Assembly: GCA_028684935.1 (NCBI GenBank)
Contig: JAQUEX010000001.1
Coordinates: forward strand, 1-53,713
Direction of reading: 5' to 3'
Source: Kiritimatiellia bacterium
GTDB lineage: Bacteria; Verrucomicrobiota; Kiritimatiellia; RFP12; UBA1067
Length of the DNA stretch: 53,713 nt
Part shown: one piece after another, positions 17,362-26,884 of the stretch
Layout: the number at the start of each line of letters is the position of its first letter
Position numbering within the stretch: position 1 is the first letter of the stretch
The notes under the pieces: generated by a model
Database searches by the model: none
What the model was told of the DNA's origin: nothing
Seen by the model: the letters and a program-made list of their open reading frames with translations, nothing else
Translations under genes and position numbers: made by a program

Positions 17362-19089
17362 CTAGTGTCCCTTTACAGGTTGTTTCACGGTCTGCCGGAT
17401 GCTGACAGCCCCCATCGCGACCAACGCGACCGACATGATAATCAAGATGCCCGTCGTCAGCGTCATCACGCCGCCGGCCCTGAAGCCGTCCGACTGCCAC
17501 ACCCGCAGGTTGCGCAGGAAGAGGGTCGCGATCGCGGCGCCGCTGGTGGCCATCATGAAAAGCATGGGCAGCAGCGTGAGCGCGAGCGGACGCTTATGGC
17601 GCAGCAGCCACAGGCTGCAGCCGAGCAGGGTCAGCGCGGCGAGCAATTGGTTGGACGACGCGAAGACCGGCCAGAGGCTCTTGGCCCCGCCACCGAGCAG
17701 CAGCCAGCCGGCGGCGGCGACCGCGACCAGCGTGGCGACGTAGCGGTTGGAGATGGCGGCACGGAACGCGGACGGCGCCGGCGCGGCTGCGGGCGGCGCG
17801 TCCTCGGGCTGTTCGCGCGGCAGGAAAAGTTCCTGCCACGTGAAGCGGGCCAGGCGCGTGGCGGTGTCGAGCGTCGTCATCAAAAAAGCGGCCAGCGCCA
17901 GCGAGATGAACACGATGCCCGCGCTGTGCGGCAGGCCGAGTTTGTCGGTAAAGCCCGCGATGCCGCCGGCGAACAGCTTGACCGCGCCCTGCGTCTTCAG
18001 CGCGGCGGCGTACTCGGCCTGGCTCATCACCCCGACCGCGATCAGCGCGATGATCGCCAAGGCGCCTTCGATCAGCATGCCGCCGTAGGCGACCGGCCGG
18101 AGGTGGCGTTCGCTGTCCACCTGCTTGGCGGTGGTGCCCGAGGCCACCAGCGCGTGGAAGCCGGAGCAGGCGCCGCAGGCCACGGTCACAAAGAGCAGCG
18201 GGATCAGCGGATCGGAGCGGCCGCTCAACGGACTCACCGCATGCCAGCCTGAAAAGGCATCGAGATTCAGGACCGGCCGCGCCACGAAGATGCCGATGAA
18301 GCCGAGCGCCATCATGGCGTAGAGCAGGTAGGAGTTCAGATAGTCGCGCGGCTGCAGCAGCAGCCACACCGGCAGCACCGAAGCCGCGAAGCAGTAGGCG
18401 AGCAGCACCACCGTCCAGATCTGCCGGGCGGTTGCCACGTCGCAGCCCAGCAGCGTGACCAGATCGAGCGGGAGGAGCGTGCCGGCATAGACGCAGGCGA
18501 AGGTCAGCGGCACGAAGATGAATGAGCCGGCCAGAATGCTCAGGCCGCCCTTGTAGACCAGACGCCCGAAAGCGACCGCCACGCCGATAAACAGCAGCGA
18601 GGCTGTGGCGACGGCCGGAATCTCGACAAAGGTTTCGGCCACGATCCGCAGGAACTCGGCCACGACCAGCACCAGCGTGAACCAGCAGAAGAAGAGGAAG
18701 AGCATGCGGCCCCAGTACCCCATCAGCGATTCGATCACCGTGCCGATCGAGCGGCCCTGATGGCGGATCGAGAGGAACATCGCGGCAAGGTCATGAACCG
18801 AGCCGATCAAGATGCAGCCCAGCACGATCCAGAGCGCCACCGCCGCCCAGCCGAACTGCGCCGCCAGGACCGGCCCGACGATCGGTCCGGCGCCGGCGAT
18901 GCTGGCGAAGTGATGGCCGAACAGGATCGCGGGGTGGGTCGGCACGTAGTCGACGCCATCGCGCAGCGTATGCGCGGGCGTCGGGCGCGCGGGGTCGACC
19001 CCGAACACCCGCTCGACGAGGCGGCCGTAGACCTGGTACGCCAGATAAAACAGCACACAGGACAGCGCGAGCAGCACGGCTCCGTTCAT
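17362..19089 (-). CDS. cstA: carbon starvation protein A family transporter
   Basis: 'VPTHPAILFGHHFASIAGAGPIVGPVLAAQFGW' is the conserved CstA N-terminal signature. The protein is polytopic. Confidence 0.85.
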   Translation of the reverse strand: MNGAVLLALSCVLFYLAYQVYGRLVERVFGVDPARPTPAHTLRDGVDYVPTHPAILFGHHFASIAGAGPIVGPVLAAQFGWAAVALWIVLGCILIGSVHDLAAMFLSIRHQGRSIGTVIESLMGYWGRMLFLFFCWFTLVLVVAEFLRIVAETFVEIPAVATASLLFIGVAVAFGRLVYKGGLSILAGSFIFVPLTFACVYAGTLLPLDLVTLLGCDVATARQIWTVVLLAYCFAASVLPVWLLLQPRDYLNSYLLYAMMALGFIGIFVARPVLNLDAFSGWHAVSPLSGRSDPLIPLLFVTVACGACSGFHALVASGTTAKQVDSERHLRPVAYGGMLIEGALAIIALIAVGVMSQAEYAAALKTQGAVKLFAGGIAGFTDKLGLPHSAGIVFISLALAAFLMTTLDTATRLARFTWQELFLPREQPEDAPPAAAPAPSAFRAAISNRYVATLVAVAAAGWLLLGGGAKSLWPVFASSNQLLAALTLLGCSLWLLRHKRPLALTLLPMLFMMATSGAAIATLFLRNLRVWQSDGFRAGGVMTLTTGILIIMSVALVAMGAVSIRQTVKQPVKGH

Positions 19090-19589
19090 GGCGAGTCTCC
19101 CTTGCGTGGCGGAAAGGGGCTCAGCTTAGCGCTTTGGAAGAGCGGTGTCAACGAAAGCCGCCTGAGCCATGCCAGTTCGCGGCGGCGCATGCGGGCGCGT
19201 TCGCGCGGCGTGGCGTCGGCCGCGCCGGTCAGATGGTCGCAGCCGTGCGCCAGATAGAGGGCGAGCTCGCGGTCGGCCGACCACCCGGCGCGGCGCGGCG
19301 CGGCGCGCCGGGCGAGCGCGACATTCACGAACAGCTCGCCGACCAGGCCGCCGTCTTCGCCGGGGATCGGCTCGTAGCGCTGCGTGATCACATCCGTGGT
19401 GCCCTCGTGGCCCAGGACCGCCTGGTTGACGGACGCGATGCCGGCGTCGTCCAGCAGGTGGACCGTCACCTCCTGCCACGGCCGCTCTGCGGGCGTGCGG
19501 GCCAGCCCCGCGAGGTCGCGCACCAACCGCCGCAGCGCCGACGTGTCGACGTCAAAGCGGCGTTGTGCATGACAGATGGCGACTCGCAT
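19086..19589 (-). CDS. ybeY: rRNA maturation endoribonuclease YbeY
   Basis: 'LYLAHGCDHLTG' is the YbeY HGxxHLxG zinc motif. Its stop overlaps the cstA start (ATGA). Confidence 0.8.
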   Translation of the reverse strand: MRVAICHAQRRFDVDTSALRRLVRDLAGLARTPAERPWQEVTVHLLDDAGIASVNQAVLGHEGTTDVITQRYEPIPGEDGGLVGELFVNVALARRAAPRRAGWSADRELALYLAHGCDHLTGAADATPRERARMRRRELAWLRRLSLTPLFQSAKLSPFPPRKGDSP

Positions 19590-19602
19590 GACCGGCTTCC
19601 CT

Positions 19603-19665
19603 GAAAAGCAAAGATTTAGGACGCGGGCGGAAGAAGATCTCCTCCGCGCATCCGCATCCTAAATC
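19603..19665 (-). terminator. candidate rho-independent terminator after rplS
   Basis: On the minus strand, GATTTAGGATGCGG...CCGCGTCCTAAATC (13/14 bp stem) is followed by TTTGCTTTT. Confidence 0.45.
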
Positions 19666-19714
19666 CAGACGGCACAGCTCACACCGCGCCGGACGAGTGC
19701 CGGCGCGCGGGTTC

Positions 19715-20077
19715 TCACGCCTCGCGCAGGCGGGCCTTCTTGCCCGTGAGGTTGCGCAGGTAGTAGAGTTTGGCGCGGCGCACGCGGGCGGAACGCTCCA
19801 CCTCGACGCGGTCAATATACGGCGAATTCAGCGGGAAGACTTTTTCCACGCCCACGCCGTACGAGATACGGCGGACCGTGAAGGTCGCGGTATTGCCTGT
19901 GCCATTGTCACGGGCGATGACGGTGCCGGCAAACGCCTGCACACGCTCTTTATCGCCCTCCTTGATCTTCACAAAGACCTTGACGCTGTCGCCCACCTTG
20001 AACGCCGGGGCGCTCTTGCCGGCATTCGCCTTGGCAACCTGCTCGGCATTGATCTTATCAATCGCTTTCGCAATCAT
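19715..20077 (-). CDS. rplS: 50S ribosomal protein L19
   Basis: '[30 protein letters not shown]...[21 protein letters not shown]' is a canonical L19 sequence. Start trimmed to the ATG at 20077. Confidence 0.9.
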   Translation of the reverse strand: MIAKAIDKINAEQVAKANAGKSAPAFKVGDSVKVFVKIKEGDKERVQAFAGTVIARDNGTGNTATFTVRRISYGVGVEKVFPLNSPYIDRVEVERSARVRRAKLYYLRNLTGKKARLREA

Positions 20078-20113
20078 CTCACTTCTCCAACTATGCTCAC
20101 GCACTACAATGAA

Positions 20114-20800
20114 CTAACGCACCAACAAATCCGGCCGCCGTTTCGCCGTCCTGTCCAACGCCTGCCGCTCGCGCCAGGCCTCCACCTCGGCATGGTTGCC
20201 GTTCTGCAACACCGCCGGCACCGCCATCCCTCGATACACCGGCGGGCGCGTGTACTGCGGGTACTCCAGACGGTCCCCGCTAAAGGACTCGTCCTGCGTC
20301 GCCGCCTCGCCGCCGCCCAGCACGCCGGGCAACAACCGCACCACCGCATCGACCACCACCGCCGCAGGCAGGACCCCGTTGGTGAGCACGTAGTCGCCGA
20401 TCGACAGCTCGTCCGTCACCAGCGCCGCGCGCACGCGGTCGTCAATGCCTTCATAGTGGCCGCAGACAAAGATCAGGTGACGGGCTTTCGCCAGCCGCCG
20501 AGCTTCCGCCTGCCGGAACGTCACGCCGGACGGGGTCATCAGGATCACCCGCGCACCCGGCGTACGCACCGCTTCGATCGCCTCGAACCACAGCTCCGGC
20601 TTCATGATCATGCCGGGGCCGCCGCCGTACGGACGATCGTCTGCCGTGCGCCGGGCGTCGCGCGCGAAGTCACGCAGATCCACCGTCCGAAAAACAACCG
20701 CACCTTGCCGCGCCGCCCGCCGCAGCATGCTCTCCTCGAGAAACCCGCGGAGCATGCCGGGAAACACGGTCAGCACATCGATCTGCAGGGGTTCACCCAT
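20114..20800 (-). CDS. trmD: tRNA (guanine37-N1)-methyltransferase
   Basis: 'IDVLTVFPGM...DDRPYGGGPGMIMKPE...CGHYEGIDDRV' are TrmD motifs. Confidence 0.9.
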   Translation of the reverse strand: MGEPLQIDVLTVFPGMLRGFLEESMLRRAARQGAVVFRTVDLRDFARDARRTADDRPYGGGPGMIMKPELWFEAIEAVRTPGARVILMTPSGVTFRQAEARRLAKARHLIFVCGHYEGIDDRVRAALVTDELSIGDYVLTNGVLPAAVVVDAVVRLLPGVLGGGEAATQDESFSGDRLEYPQYTRPPVYRGMAVPAVLQNGNHAEVEAWRERQALDRTAKRRPDLLVR

Positions 20801-20819
20801 ACCGACCGCCGCGCGATCC

Positions 20820-21080
20820 TTACACCGCCGCCGTCTGGACCGCGGCCTTCTTAGCCTTGCGGACCATGCTCGCCACGGTCTCGCTCATCTGAGCGCCCTT
20901 GGACTGCCAATGCGCGACGCGCTCCAGATCCAGCTTGAAATTCTCGCCTTCACGCTTGGGCTCATACCAGCCCAGAATCTCAAGAAACTTGCCATCGCGG
21001 GGCGAACGTTCGTCCGCCGCCACCACGCGATACGACGCGTTGTTGTTGCAGCCTGTCCTGCGAAGTCTGATTTTGACCAT
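20820..21080 (-). CDS. rpsP: 30S ribosomal protein S16
   Basis: 'MVKIRLRRTG...YRVVAADERSPRDGKFLEILGWYEP' is canonical S16, with a GGAGGAGAAA SD upstream. Confidence 0.9.
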   Translation of the reverse strand: MVKIRLRRTGCNNNASYRVVAADERSPRDGKFLEILGWYEPKREGENFKLDLERVAHWQSKGAQMSETVASMVRKAKKAAVQTAAV

Positions 21081-21142
21081 TTTCTCCTCCGTGAAACGCG
21101 ATACATTACCAACACCGCGCCCCGCGTGGCAAGCGGGATTTT

Positions 21143-23809
21143 TCAGTCGGCCTTCTTTTTCGCGCGCGGTGCGCGCTTTTTCGAGCCTGCGGCGGGCTTT
21201 TTAGGCGCGCCGGCCGTTGTTGTCTCTGTTTTCTCCGGGGACGGCACCGCCGTCTCCTGCGCGGTCGGCGTGCGCAGCGGCAGCTCGTCCCGCATGCGGA
21301 ACGCGAGCCCCTGCCCCTCCCCGGCCACGCCAATCTCGATCACGCCTGCGGTCAGCACGCCGCGCAGCAGCTCCTCGGCCAGCCGGTCCTCCAGATACCG
21401 CTCGACGGTGCGCCGCAGCGGCCGCGCACCCAGGGCGGGATCGAAGCCTTTGCCGACCAGAAACTCGGTGGCGGCCGTGTCCGGCTCCAGCGTGATCGCT
21501 TTGGCCGCGAGCCGCTCCCGCAGCTTGGCCAGCTCGATGTCGAGAATCTTGACGACATCCGCCTTGTCGAGCTTGCGGAAGACGATGATATCGTCAAACC
21601 GGTTCAGCAGCTCCGGCTTGAAAATCTGTTTGGCCGCGTTGATCATGCGGTCACGCAGCCGGCCGTAGTCCTCCTGCGTTGACTCATGCGCAAAGCCCAG
21701 GCCCTGCCCCTGCTTGCTCGTGTCGAAGCCGAGGTTGGAGGTCAGGATCACCACCGTGTTGCGGAAATCGACCTGCCGCCCCAGGCTGTCGGTGAGCCGC
21801 CCCTCCTCCAGAAGCTGCAGCAGCATATTCATCACGTCCGGGTGCGCCTTTTCCACCTCGTCGAAAAGCACCACGCTGTACGGCCGGCGCCGCACGCGCT
21901 CGGTGAGCTGTCCGCCCTCTTCGTGGCCGATGTAGCCGGGCGGCGAGCCGATCAGCCGCGAGACCGTGAACTTTTCCATGTACTCCGACATGTCGATCTG
22001 GATCAGCGCCTTCTCGTCGCCAAACATCTTTTCGGCCAGCGCCTTGGCCAGCAAGGTCTTGCCCACGCCGGTGGGGCCCAGAAAGATGAACGAGCCGATC
22101 GGCCGCTTGGGATCCTTGAGGTCGGCCCGCGAACGCCGCAGCGCGCGCGCCACCGCCTGGATCGCCGGGGCCTGGCCCACGACCGCCTCCTGCAGCTCCT
22201 GCTCAATATTGAGCATGCGCGCCAGTTCGGTCTCGCTCATGCGTTTGATCGGCACGCCGGTGATGTGCGCCACCGTTTCGGTCACGTCGTCGACCGTCAC
22301 CGGCTGGGATTTCTCGCTGTGCTCGGCCTTCCACGCCGCCACCACGGCGTCCAGCTCCTGCTTGGCCTTGCGCTCTTCGTCGCGCAGCGCCGCCGCCTCT
22401 TCGAAATGCTGATCGCGGATGGCCGCGTCTTTGCGCTGGCCCATCTCGCGGATGCTCCGCTCGAAGTCGCGCACGTCCGGCGGCCGCGCCGACACCCGCA
22501 TGCGCACCCGCGCGCCGGACTCGTCGATCGCGTCGATCGCCTTGTCCGGCAACTGCCGGCCGGGCTGGTAGCGCGCGGTCAGCTTCGCAGCCGCCTCCAG
22601 CGCCCCGGGCTCGTACAGCACGTTGTGGTGCGCCTCGTAGCGCGGCGCGATGCCGCGCAGGATCGACACCGTCTCCTCGACGGTCGGCTCTTCGACGCGC
22701 ACGGTCTGGAAACGGCGCTCCAGCGCGGCATCCTTCTCGATCGATTTGCGGTATTCGCTGAGCGTCGTCGCGCCGATGCACTGCAGCTCGCCGCGCGCCA
22801 GCGCGGGCTTGATGATGTTGGCGGCGTCCATGGCGCCCTCGGCCCCGCCGGCCCCCACGATGGTGTGCAGCTCGTCCAGGAACAGAATCACGTTCTTCTC
22901 GCGCCGGATCTCGTCCACCACCGCCTTGATGCGCTCTTCAAACTGGCCGCGGTACTTGGTGCCGGCCACCATCAGGGCCATGTCGAGCGCGATCACGCGC
23001 TTGCCGAGCATGCGCTCCGGCACATCGCCGTTGACGATCGCATGCGCCAGACCCTCGACCACCGCGGTCTTGCCGACGCCGGCCTCGCCCAGCAGCGCCG
23101 CGTTGTTCTTGGAGCGGCGGCTGAGGATCTGGATCACGCGTTCCAGTTCGTTGCGGCGGCCGACCACCGGGTCCAGCTCGCCCTGTTTCGCCAGCTCGGT
23201 CAAGTCGCGGCCGAACGCGTTCAGCGCCGGCGTCTTGGACTTCACCTCTTTTTTCGCGCCCGCCAAGGGCGGCGCACCCGATGGCGGGGCCTCCTGCATC
23301 GGCCCCTGCCGCTCCTCCTCGCGGTCGGCAGGGTCAAACCCGTCCTCCTCCTCGTCCGCCTCCTCCATCGCCTCCAGGCAGCGGCGAACCCCGTCTAAGA
23401 CCTCGTCGATCCGGACATTCAACGACTGCAAGACCTGCGCGGCCACGCCCTCGCCTTCGCGCAGCAGCGCCAGCAACAAGTGTTCGGTGCCCACCATCTG
23501 CTGCTGCATCGACTGGGCCTCGGAGACCGCCAGTTGCAGCACCTTCTTGGTGCGCGGCGTGTAAGGCAGCTCGCCCTTGGTCTTGGTGTCGCCGCCAAAG
23601 CCGACCATGCGCTCGACCGCGATGCGCACGTCATCCAGCGACACCCCGAGTTCCTCCAACACCTCAACCGCCACGCCCTCGCCCAGCGCCACCAGTCCCA
23701 GCAGCAGATGCTCGGTGCCGATGTAGGGGTGGTTGAAGCGCTCGGCCTCGCGCGCCGCCAACTGCAACGCGCGCTGCGCACGCTCCGTAAAATGACCGAA
23801 TCCGTTCAT
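21143..23809 (-). CDS. clpC: ATP-dependent Clp protease ATP-binding subunit ClpC, with a Lys-rich C-terminal tail
   Basis: It has N-terminal Clp repeats ([33 protein letters not shown]), two AAA+ modules ([16 protein letters not shown]) and a UVR-like '[11 protein letters not shown]' linker. The last 50 aa or so are Lys/Ala/Pro-rich. Confidence 0.85.
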   Translation of the reverse strand: MNGFGHFTERAQRALQLAAREAERFNHPYIGTEHLLLGLVALGEGVAVEVLEELGVSLDDVRIAVERMVGFGGDTKTKGELPYTPRTKKVLQLAVSEAQSMQQQMVGTEHLLLALLREGEGVAAQVLQSLNVRIDEVLDGVRRCLEAMEEADEEEDGFDPADREEERQGPMQEAPPSGAPPLAGAKKEVKSKTPALNAFGRDLTELAKQGELDPVVGRRNELERVIQILSRRSKNNAALLGEAGVGKTAVVEGLAHAIVNGDVPERMLGKRVIALDMALMVAGTKYRGQFEERIKAVVDEIRREKNVILFLDELHTIVGAGGAEGAMDAANIIKPALARGELQCIGATTLSEYRKSIEKDAALERRFQTVRVEEPTVEETVSILRGIAPRYEAHHNVLYEPGALEAAAKLTARYQPGRQLPDKAIDAIDESGARVRMRVSARPPDVRDFERSIREMGQRKDAAIRDQHFEEAAALRDEERKAKQELDAVVAAWKAEHSEKSQPVTVDDVTETVAHITGVPIKRMSETELARMLNIEQELQEAVVGQAPAIQAVARALRRSRADLKDPKRPIGSFIFLGPTGVGKTLLAKALAEKMFGDEKALIQIDMSEYMEKFTVSRLIGSPPGYIGHEEGGQLTERVRRRPYSVVLFDEVEKAHPDVMNMLLQLLEEGRLTDSLGRQVDFRNTVVILTSNLGFDTSKQGQGLGFAHESTQEDYGRLRDRMINAAKQIFKPELLNRFDDIIVFRKLDKADVVKILDIELAKLRERLAAKAITLEPDTAATEFLVGKGFDPALGARPLRRTVERYLEDRLAEELLRGVLTAGVIEIGVAGEGQGLAFRMRDELPLRTPTAQETAVPSPEKTETTTAGAPKKPAAGSKKRAPRAKKKAD

Positions 23810-23818
23810 ATCGCCTCC

Positions 23819-24874
23819 TCAACACTTCAATTTCACGCGGGCCACCTTGCGGCTCAACAACTCCGCCCGCATCTCATCACGCTCGTCGGATGTCATGGAC
23901 GTTCCCAGGCCCTTCTGCAGATGGCCCGGCTGCATCATCAGGATCAGCGCATCCACATCCGACACCTTCAGGCGCGTGCAAAGCCCCATCGCCGCCCCCA
24001 GCCGCAACGCCGAGAGAAATTCCAGTGCCTCGGCCGTCGCCAACAGACGCGCGTTCTGCAGGACGCTCAGCGAACGCGCCAGACAGTCGACCAGCACCAG
24101 CGGCGTCTCCTGCAGCAGCCGCACGCGCGCGTTGTGCTCCTGGCGCACCACTTCGGAGCAGATGCGCGTCACGCGGCGGATGATCCCCTCCTCGTCGGTC
24201 CCCAGCGTGTCCATGTTCGAGACCTGATAAATCTGCCCGGCCGCCTCGGACCCCTCGCCGCCAATGCCGCGCACCAGCAACCGCATCCGTTCCAGACCGC
24301 GCACGACCGGCTCGATCTCGCCCAGCAGGCTCAAGCCCAGCAGGTGCAGCATGACGCCCGCGCGCAGACCGGTGCCGACATTGCTGGGGCAGGCGGTCAA
24401 ATAGCCCAGCCGCGGCGACCACGCGTAGGCGAGGTGGCGCTCCAGACCGGAGTCCAGAGCATCCGCGCGCCGCCACGCGCCCAGGATATCCAGCCCCTGC
24501 GCGAAACCCTGGATGCGCAGATGGTCCTCTTCGTTGACCATCACGCAGACCGAGCCGTCCTTGGCCACCGCCACGCCGCCGCCCGCCGCCCGCTCCAGCA
24601 GCTCTTTACTGATCAGGTGCGATTCGCACAGCATGTCGCGATCCTGCTCCTCGACCCCCGCCACCGGCGTGACCCGCAACTCGGGCGCTTCAACGCTCAA
24701 CGCTTCGCGCACGACGGCCAGGACCCGTTCGCGGTCACGTTCAGTCGCCCAGTCCGGAAACCGTTCGCCCGCCAGATTGCGTGCCAGCCGCACGCGGCAA
24801 CTCATCGCGATCGTCGCCGCCAGCTCTGGCAGCGCGGGGTGCGGTGCGGCTTGCGCCGCCGAAGTCAACATCAT
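23819..24874 (-). CDS. mcsB: protein arginine kinase McsB (ATP:guanido phosphotransferase)
   Basis: 'LTACPSNVGTGLRAGVMLHL' is a phosphagen-kinase signature. Its ATG overlaps the mcsA stop (ATGA). Confidence 0.85.
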   Translation of the reverse strand: MMLTSAAQAAPHPALPELAATIAMSCRVRLARNLAGERFPDWATERDRERVLAVVREALSVEAPELRVTPVAGVEEQDRDMLCESHLISKELLERAAGGGVAVAKDGSVCVMVNEEDHLRIQGFAQGLDILGAWRRADALDSGLERHLAYAWSPRLGYLTACPSNVGTGLRAGVMLHLLGLSLLGEIEPVVRGLERMRLLVRGIGGEGSEAAGQIYQVSNMDTLGTDEEGIIRRVTRICSEVVRQEHNARVRLLQETPLVLVDCLARSLSVLQNARLLATAEALEFLSALRLGAAMGLCTRLKVSDVDALILMMQPGHLQKGLGTSMTSDERDEMRAELLSRKVARVKLKC

Positions 24875-25410
24875 GCCGGGCCTCCCTTCGACGTGTCGGG
24901 CTCGGGCAGGCGGAGCAGCTCGTCGCGCAGCGCGATCGCCTCCTCATAGCGCTGCTCCTTGACCGCTTGCGCCAGGCGCACCTCAAGCTGCCGGCGCTGC
25001 CACAGGGCCTGCGCCCGCTGCGGGACCTTGCCGACATGCTGCGCGGCGCGGTGCAGATCAAAAATCGCCGCATCCAGCTCTTTGGCGAAGGCCTCGTAAC
25101 ACGCCGGACACCCCAGACGCGACTGCTTCCGGTATTCATGACGCAGGATGCCACAGGCCGGGCACGCCGGCTCGGCACGATTCATGGCGCGCCCTACGAT
25201 CTCAAACGCCGCGTCGAGGATCATGCCCATCAACGGCACCGTCCCCATCCCGCCCGCAACAGGCTGCTCAGCGGCCACGTCGGGCGGTGCCGCAGAAACC
25301 GTCTCCTGCCGGGCGCAGCCCTGGCAGACATACAGCTCCTGAACCTCGCCTTCGACCTCGCGCCGGATCGCGGTTTCCGCGTCCGCTTTATGACACAGTT
25401 CACATTTCAT
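24871..25410 (-). CDS. mcsA: McsA-like zinc-finger / UVR-motif activator of McsB
   Basis: Paired CxxC motifs (MKCELCHK..., CQGC, CPAC, CPAC) plus a C-terminal 'YEEAIALRDEL' UVR motif. Start trimmed to the ATG at 25410. Confidence 0.75.
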   Translation of the reverse strand: MKCELCHKADAETAIRREVEGEVQELYVCQGCARQETVSAAPPDVAAEQPVAGGMGTVPLMGMILDAAFEIVGRAMNRAEPACPACGILRHEYRKQSRLGCPACYEAFAKELDAAIFDLHRAAQHVGKVPQRAQALWQRRQLEVRLAQAVKEQRYEEAIALRDELLRLPEPDTSKGGPA

Positions 25411-25444
25411 CTTATCCGTCCAAACCGTAAATGAGAACTGTAGC

Positions 25445-25472
25445 AAAAATCGGCGCGGGCCGCAAATGCGCC
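25445..25472 (-). terminator. weak candidate terminator after the DUF1080 gene
   Basis: Minus-strand GGCGC-N11-GCGCC is followed by GATTTTT, immediately after the stop at 25473. Confidence 0.3.
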
Positions 25473-26768
25473 TCAGAGTTCGCGAATGTAGATGTTCTTG
25501 AACTCGATCGGGTCGCCGTGGCACTGCAGCTCGATCTGCTCTTTGGGGAAGATCGGCTGGCTGCGGTCCCAATAGTTCTCCAGCACGGTGTTGTCCACGA
25601 CCAGCGTGCCGTTCAGCTTGACCGTCACCGTGTCGCCGACCATCTTGATGTAGAAGGTGTTCCAGTCGCCGATCTGGCGGTCGGCGATCGCGAGCGCCTG
25701 GCTCGGGTTTTTCTTGTTGTTGTACAGGCCGCCGGACCCGATCTTCCACTGGTTGTGCGGGTCCCAGATCTGGACCTGCGGCGAACCGCGCAGATAAAGC
25801 CCGCTGTCGCCGCGCACGGTCAACAGCCGCCAGTCGACCCACATCTCGAAATCGCCGTAATCCTTGGCCGTGGCCAGGCTGTACCCCTTGCCGTTAAAAT
25901 AGAGCGTGCCGCCGTCACGCACGTGCCAGCTTGCGCGCATCTCCTCGTCGGCCTTCGCCTGCATCTCGGCCCGTTTTTCCGGCGCGGCTTTCTGGCGAAC
26001 CAGCGGGTTGTCAAATTTTTCGGCGCGGGTCACGCCCTTCCAGTTCGTCAGGTCCTTGCCGTTGAAGAGCGCGGTGAATCCCGCCGGCGGCGTGTTGTCG
26101 GTCGGCTTCACCACCGGGTAGTCGGCCGGAACCTCTTTGATGCGGATGTTGCGCCAGTCCACGCGCGTGCCGTGTCCCAGCCAGCCGATGTGCCCCTTAG
26201 GATTGTGCAAGCCGGGATGCGCCTTCTTGTCCAACGTCTCTTTGACGGTGGCGAGATCGGCGTCCACGATCACCTCGCCGTTCAGGATCACCGTGATCTT
26301 CGAGCCGATCGCGCGGACCTCTTGGACGTTCCACTGACCGACCTTTTTCTGGAAACCGCGTTTGGCCGGCACCACGCCGTAGATTGATCCGTGATACTGA
26401 TACGGCTGCAGTTTGGTGTACTGCGACCCCGAATCATCGAGAATCTGCAGCTCCATCGCGTTATAGGCGGCATCCCCTTGCAGCGGCGCACGGATGCCCA
26501 GCCCGTTGTTGGAGTTGGTGTACAGCAGGAAGTCAAAACGCAGAATGAAGTTGTCGTACGCTTTGGCGGTCATCAGCTTGCCGCCTTTTTTCGGGTCACA
26601 GTAGAGCACGCCGTCCTCCACCTTGTAGCCGTCGGTCGCGCCGACCCAACCGGTCAGATCCTTGCCGTTGAACAGCGAGACAAAACCCTCCTCGAGAGCC
26701 GGCCCGTCCGCACGCAAAAACAGAACGCCCGTCAGCGCGACCGCGCACGCCGTTAAAAGATGCTTCAT
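25473..26768 (-). CDS. secreted protein with two DUF1080 (3-keto-disaccharide hydrolase-like) domains
   Basis: Signal peptide. Two copies of the 'FxxLFNGKDLTGW...W.VEDG' opening and the '...FKNIxIxEL' ending typical of DUF1080. Confidence 0.75.
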   Translation of the reverse strand: MKHLLTACAVALTGVLFLRADGPALEEGFVSLFNGKDLTGWVGATDGYKVEDGVLYCDPKKGGKLMTAKAYDNFILRFDFLLYTNSNNGLGIRAPLQGDAAYNAMELQILDDSGSQYTKLQPYQYHGSIYGVVPAKRGFQKKVGQWNVQEVRAIGSKITVILNGEVIVDADLATVKETLDKKAHPGLHNPKGHIGWLGHGTRVDWRNIRIKEVPADYPVVKPTDNTPPAGFTALFNGKDLTNWKGVTRAEKFDNPLVRQKAAPEKRAEMQAKADEEMRASWHVRDGGTLYFNGKGYSLATAKDYGDFEMWVDWRLLTVRGDSGLYLRGSPQVQIWDPHNQWKIGSGGLYNNKKNPSQALAIADRQIGDWNTFYIKMVGDTVTVKLNGTLVVDNTVLENYWDRSQPIFPKEQIELQCHGDPIEFKNIYIREL

Positions 26769-26884
26769 TGTTTGTGCCCCTTTTTCGTTTTACCGGCAGG
26801 AATCCCTGCCCATCACTATTCCTCCCTGTATTTAAATCGAATGCCCGCGGAAAAGCAATCCGCGTTTTTTCAGCAATGCTTTCC

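Noticed and set aside
20800-20820. Absence of rimM between rpsP and trmD.
   Set aside because: The usual rpsP-rimM-trmD-rplS order is common but not universal, and rimM may lie elsewhere. This is not informative without the whole genome.
21121-21143. Hairpin followed by a T-run on the + strand right after the clpC stop (CCCGC-GTGGCAA-GCGGG-ATTTTT). A similar one lies at 26846-26870 after the isomerase gene (CGCGGA-AAAGCAA-TCCGCG-TTTTTT).
   Set aside because: They look like intrinsic terminators, but they are oriented for + strand transcription while all neighbouring genes are on the minus strand (for minus-strand RNA the U-run would precede the stem). They might block antisense read-through, but I cannot support a terminator call for the annotated genes.
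25411-25472. Search for a CtsR operator (direct heptad GGTCAAA-type repeat) upstream of mcsA.
   Set aside because: Only a loose resemblance (GTCCAAACCGTAAA) was found, which does not fit the heptad-N3-heptad pattern.
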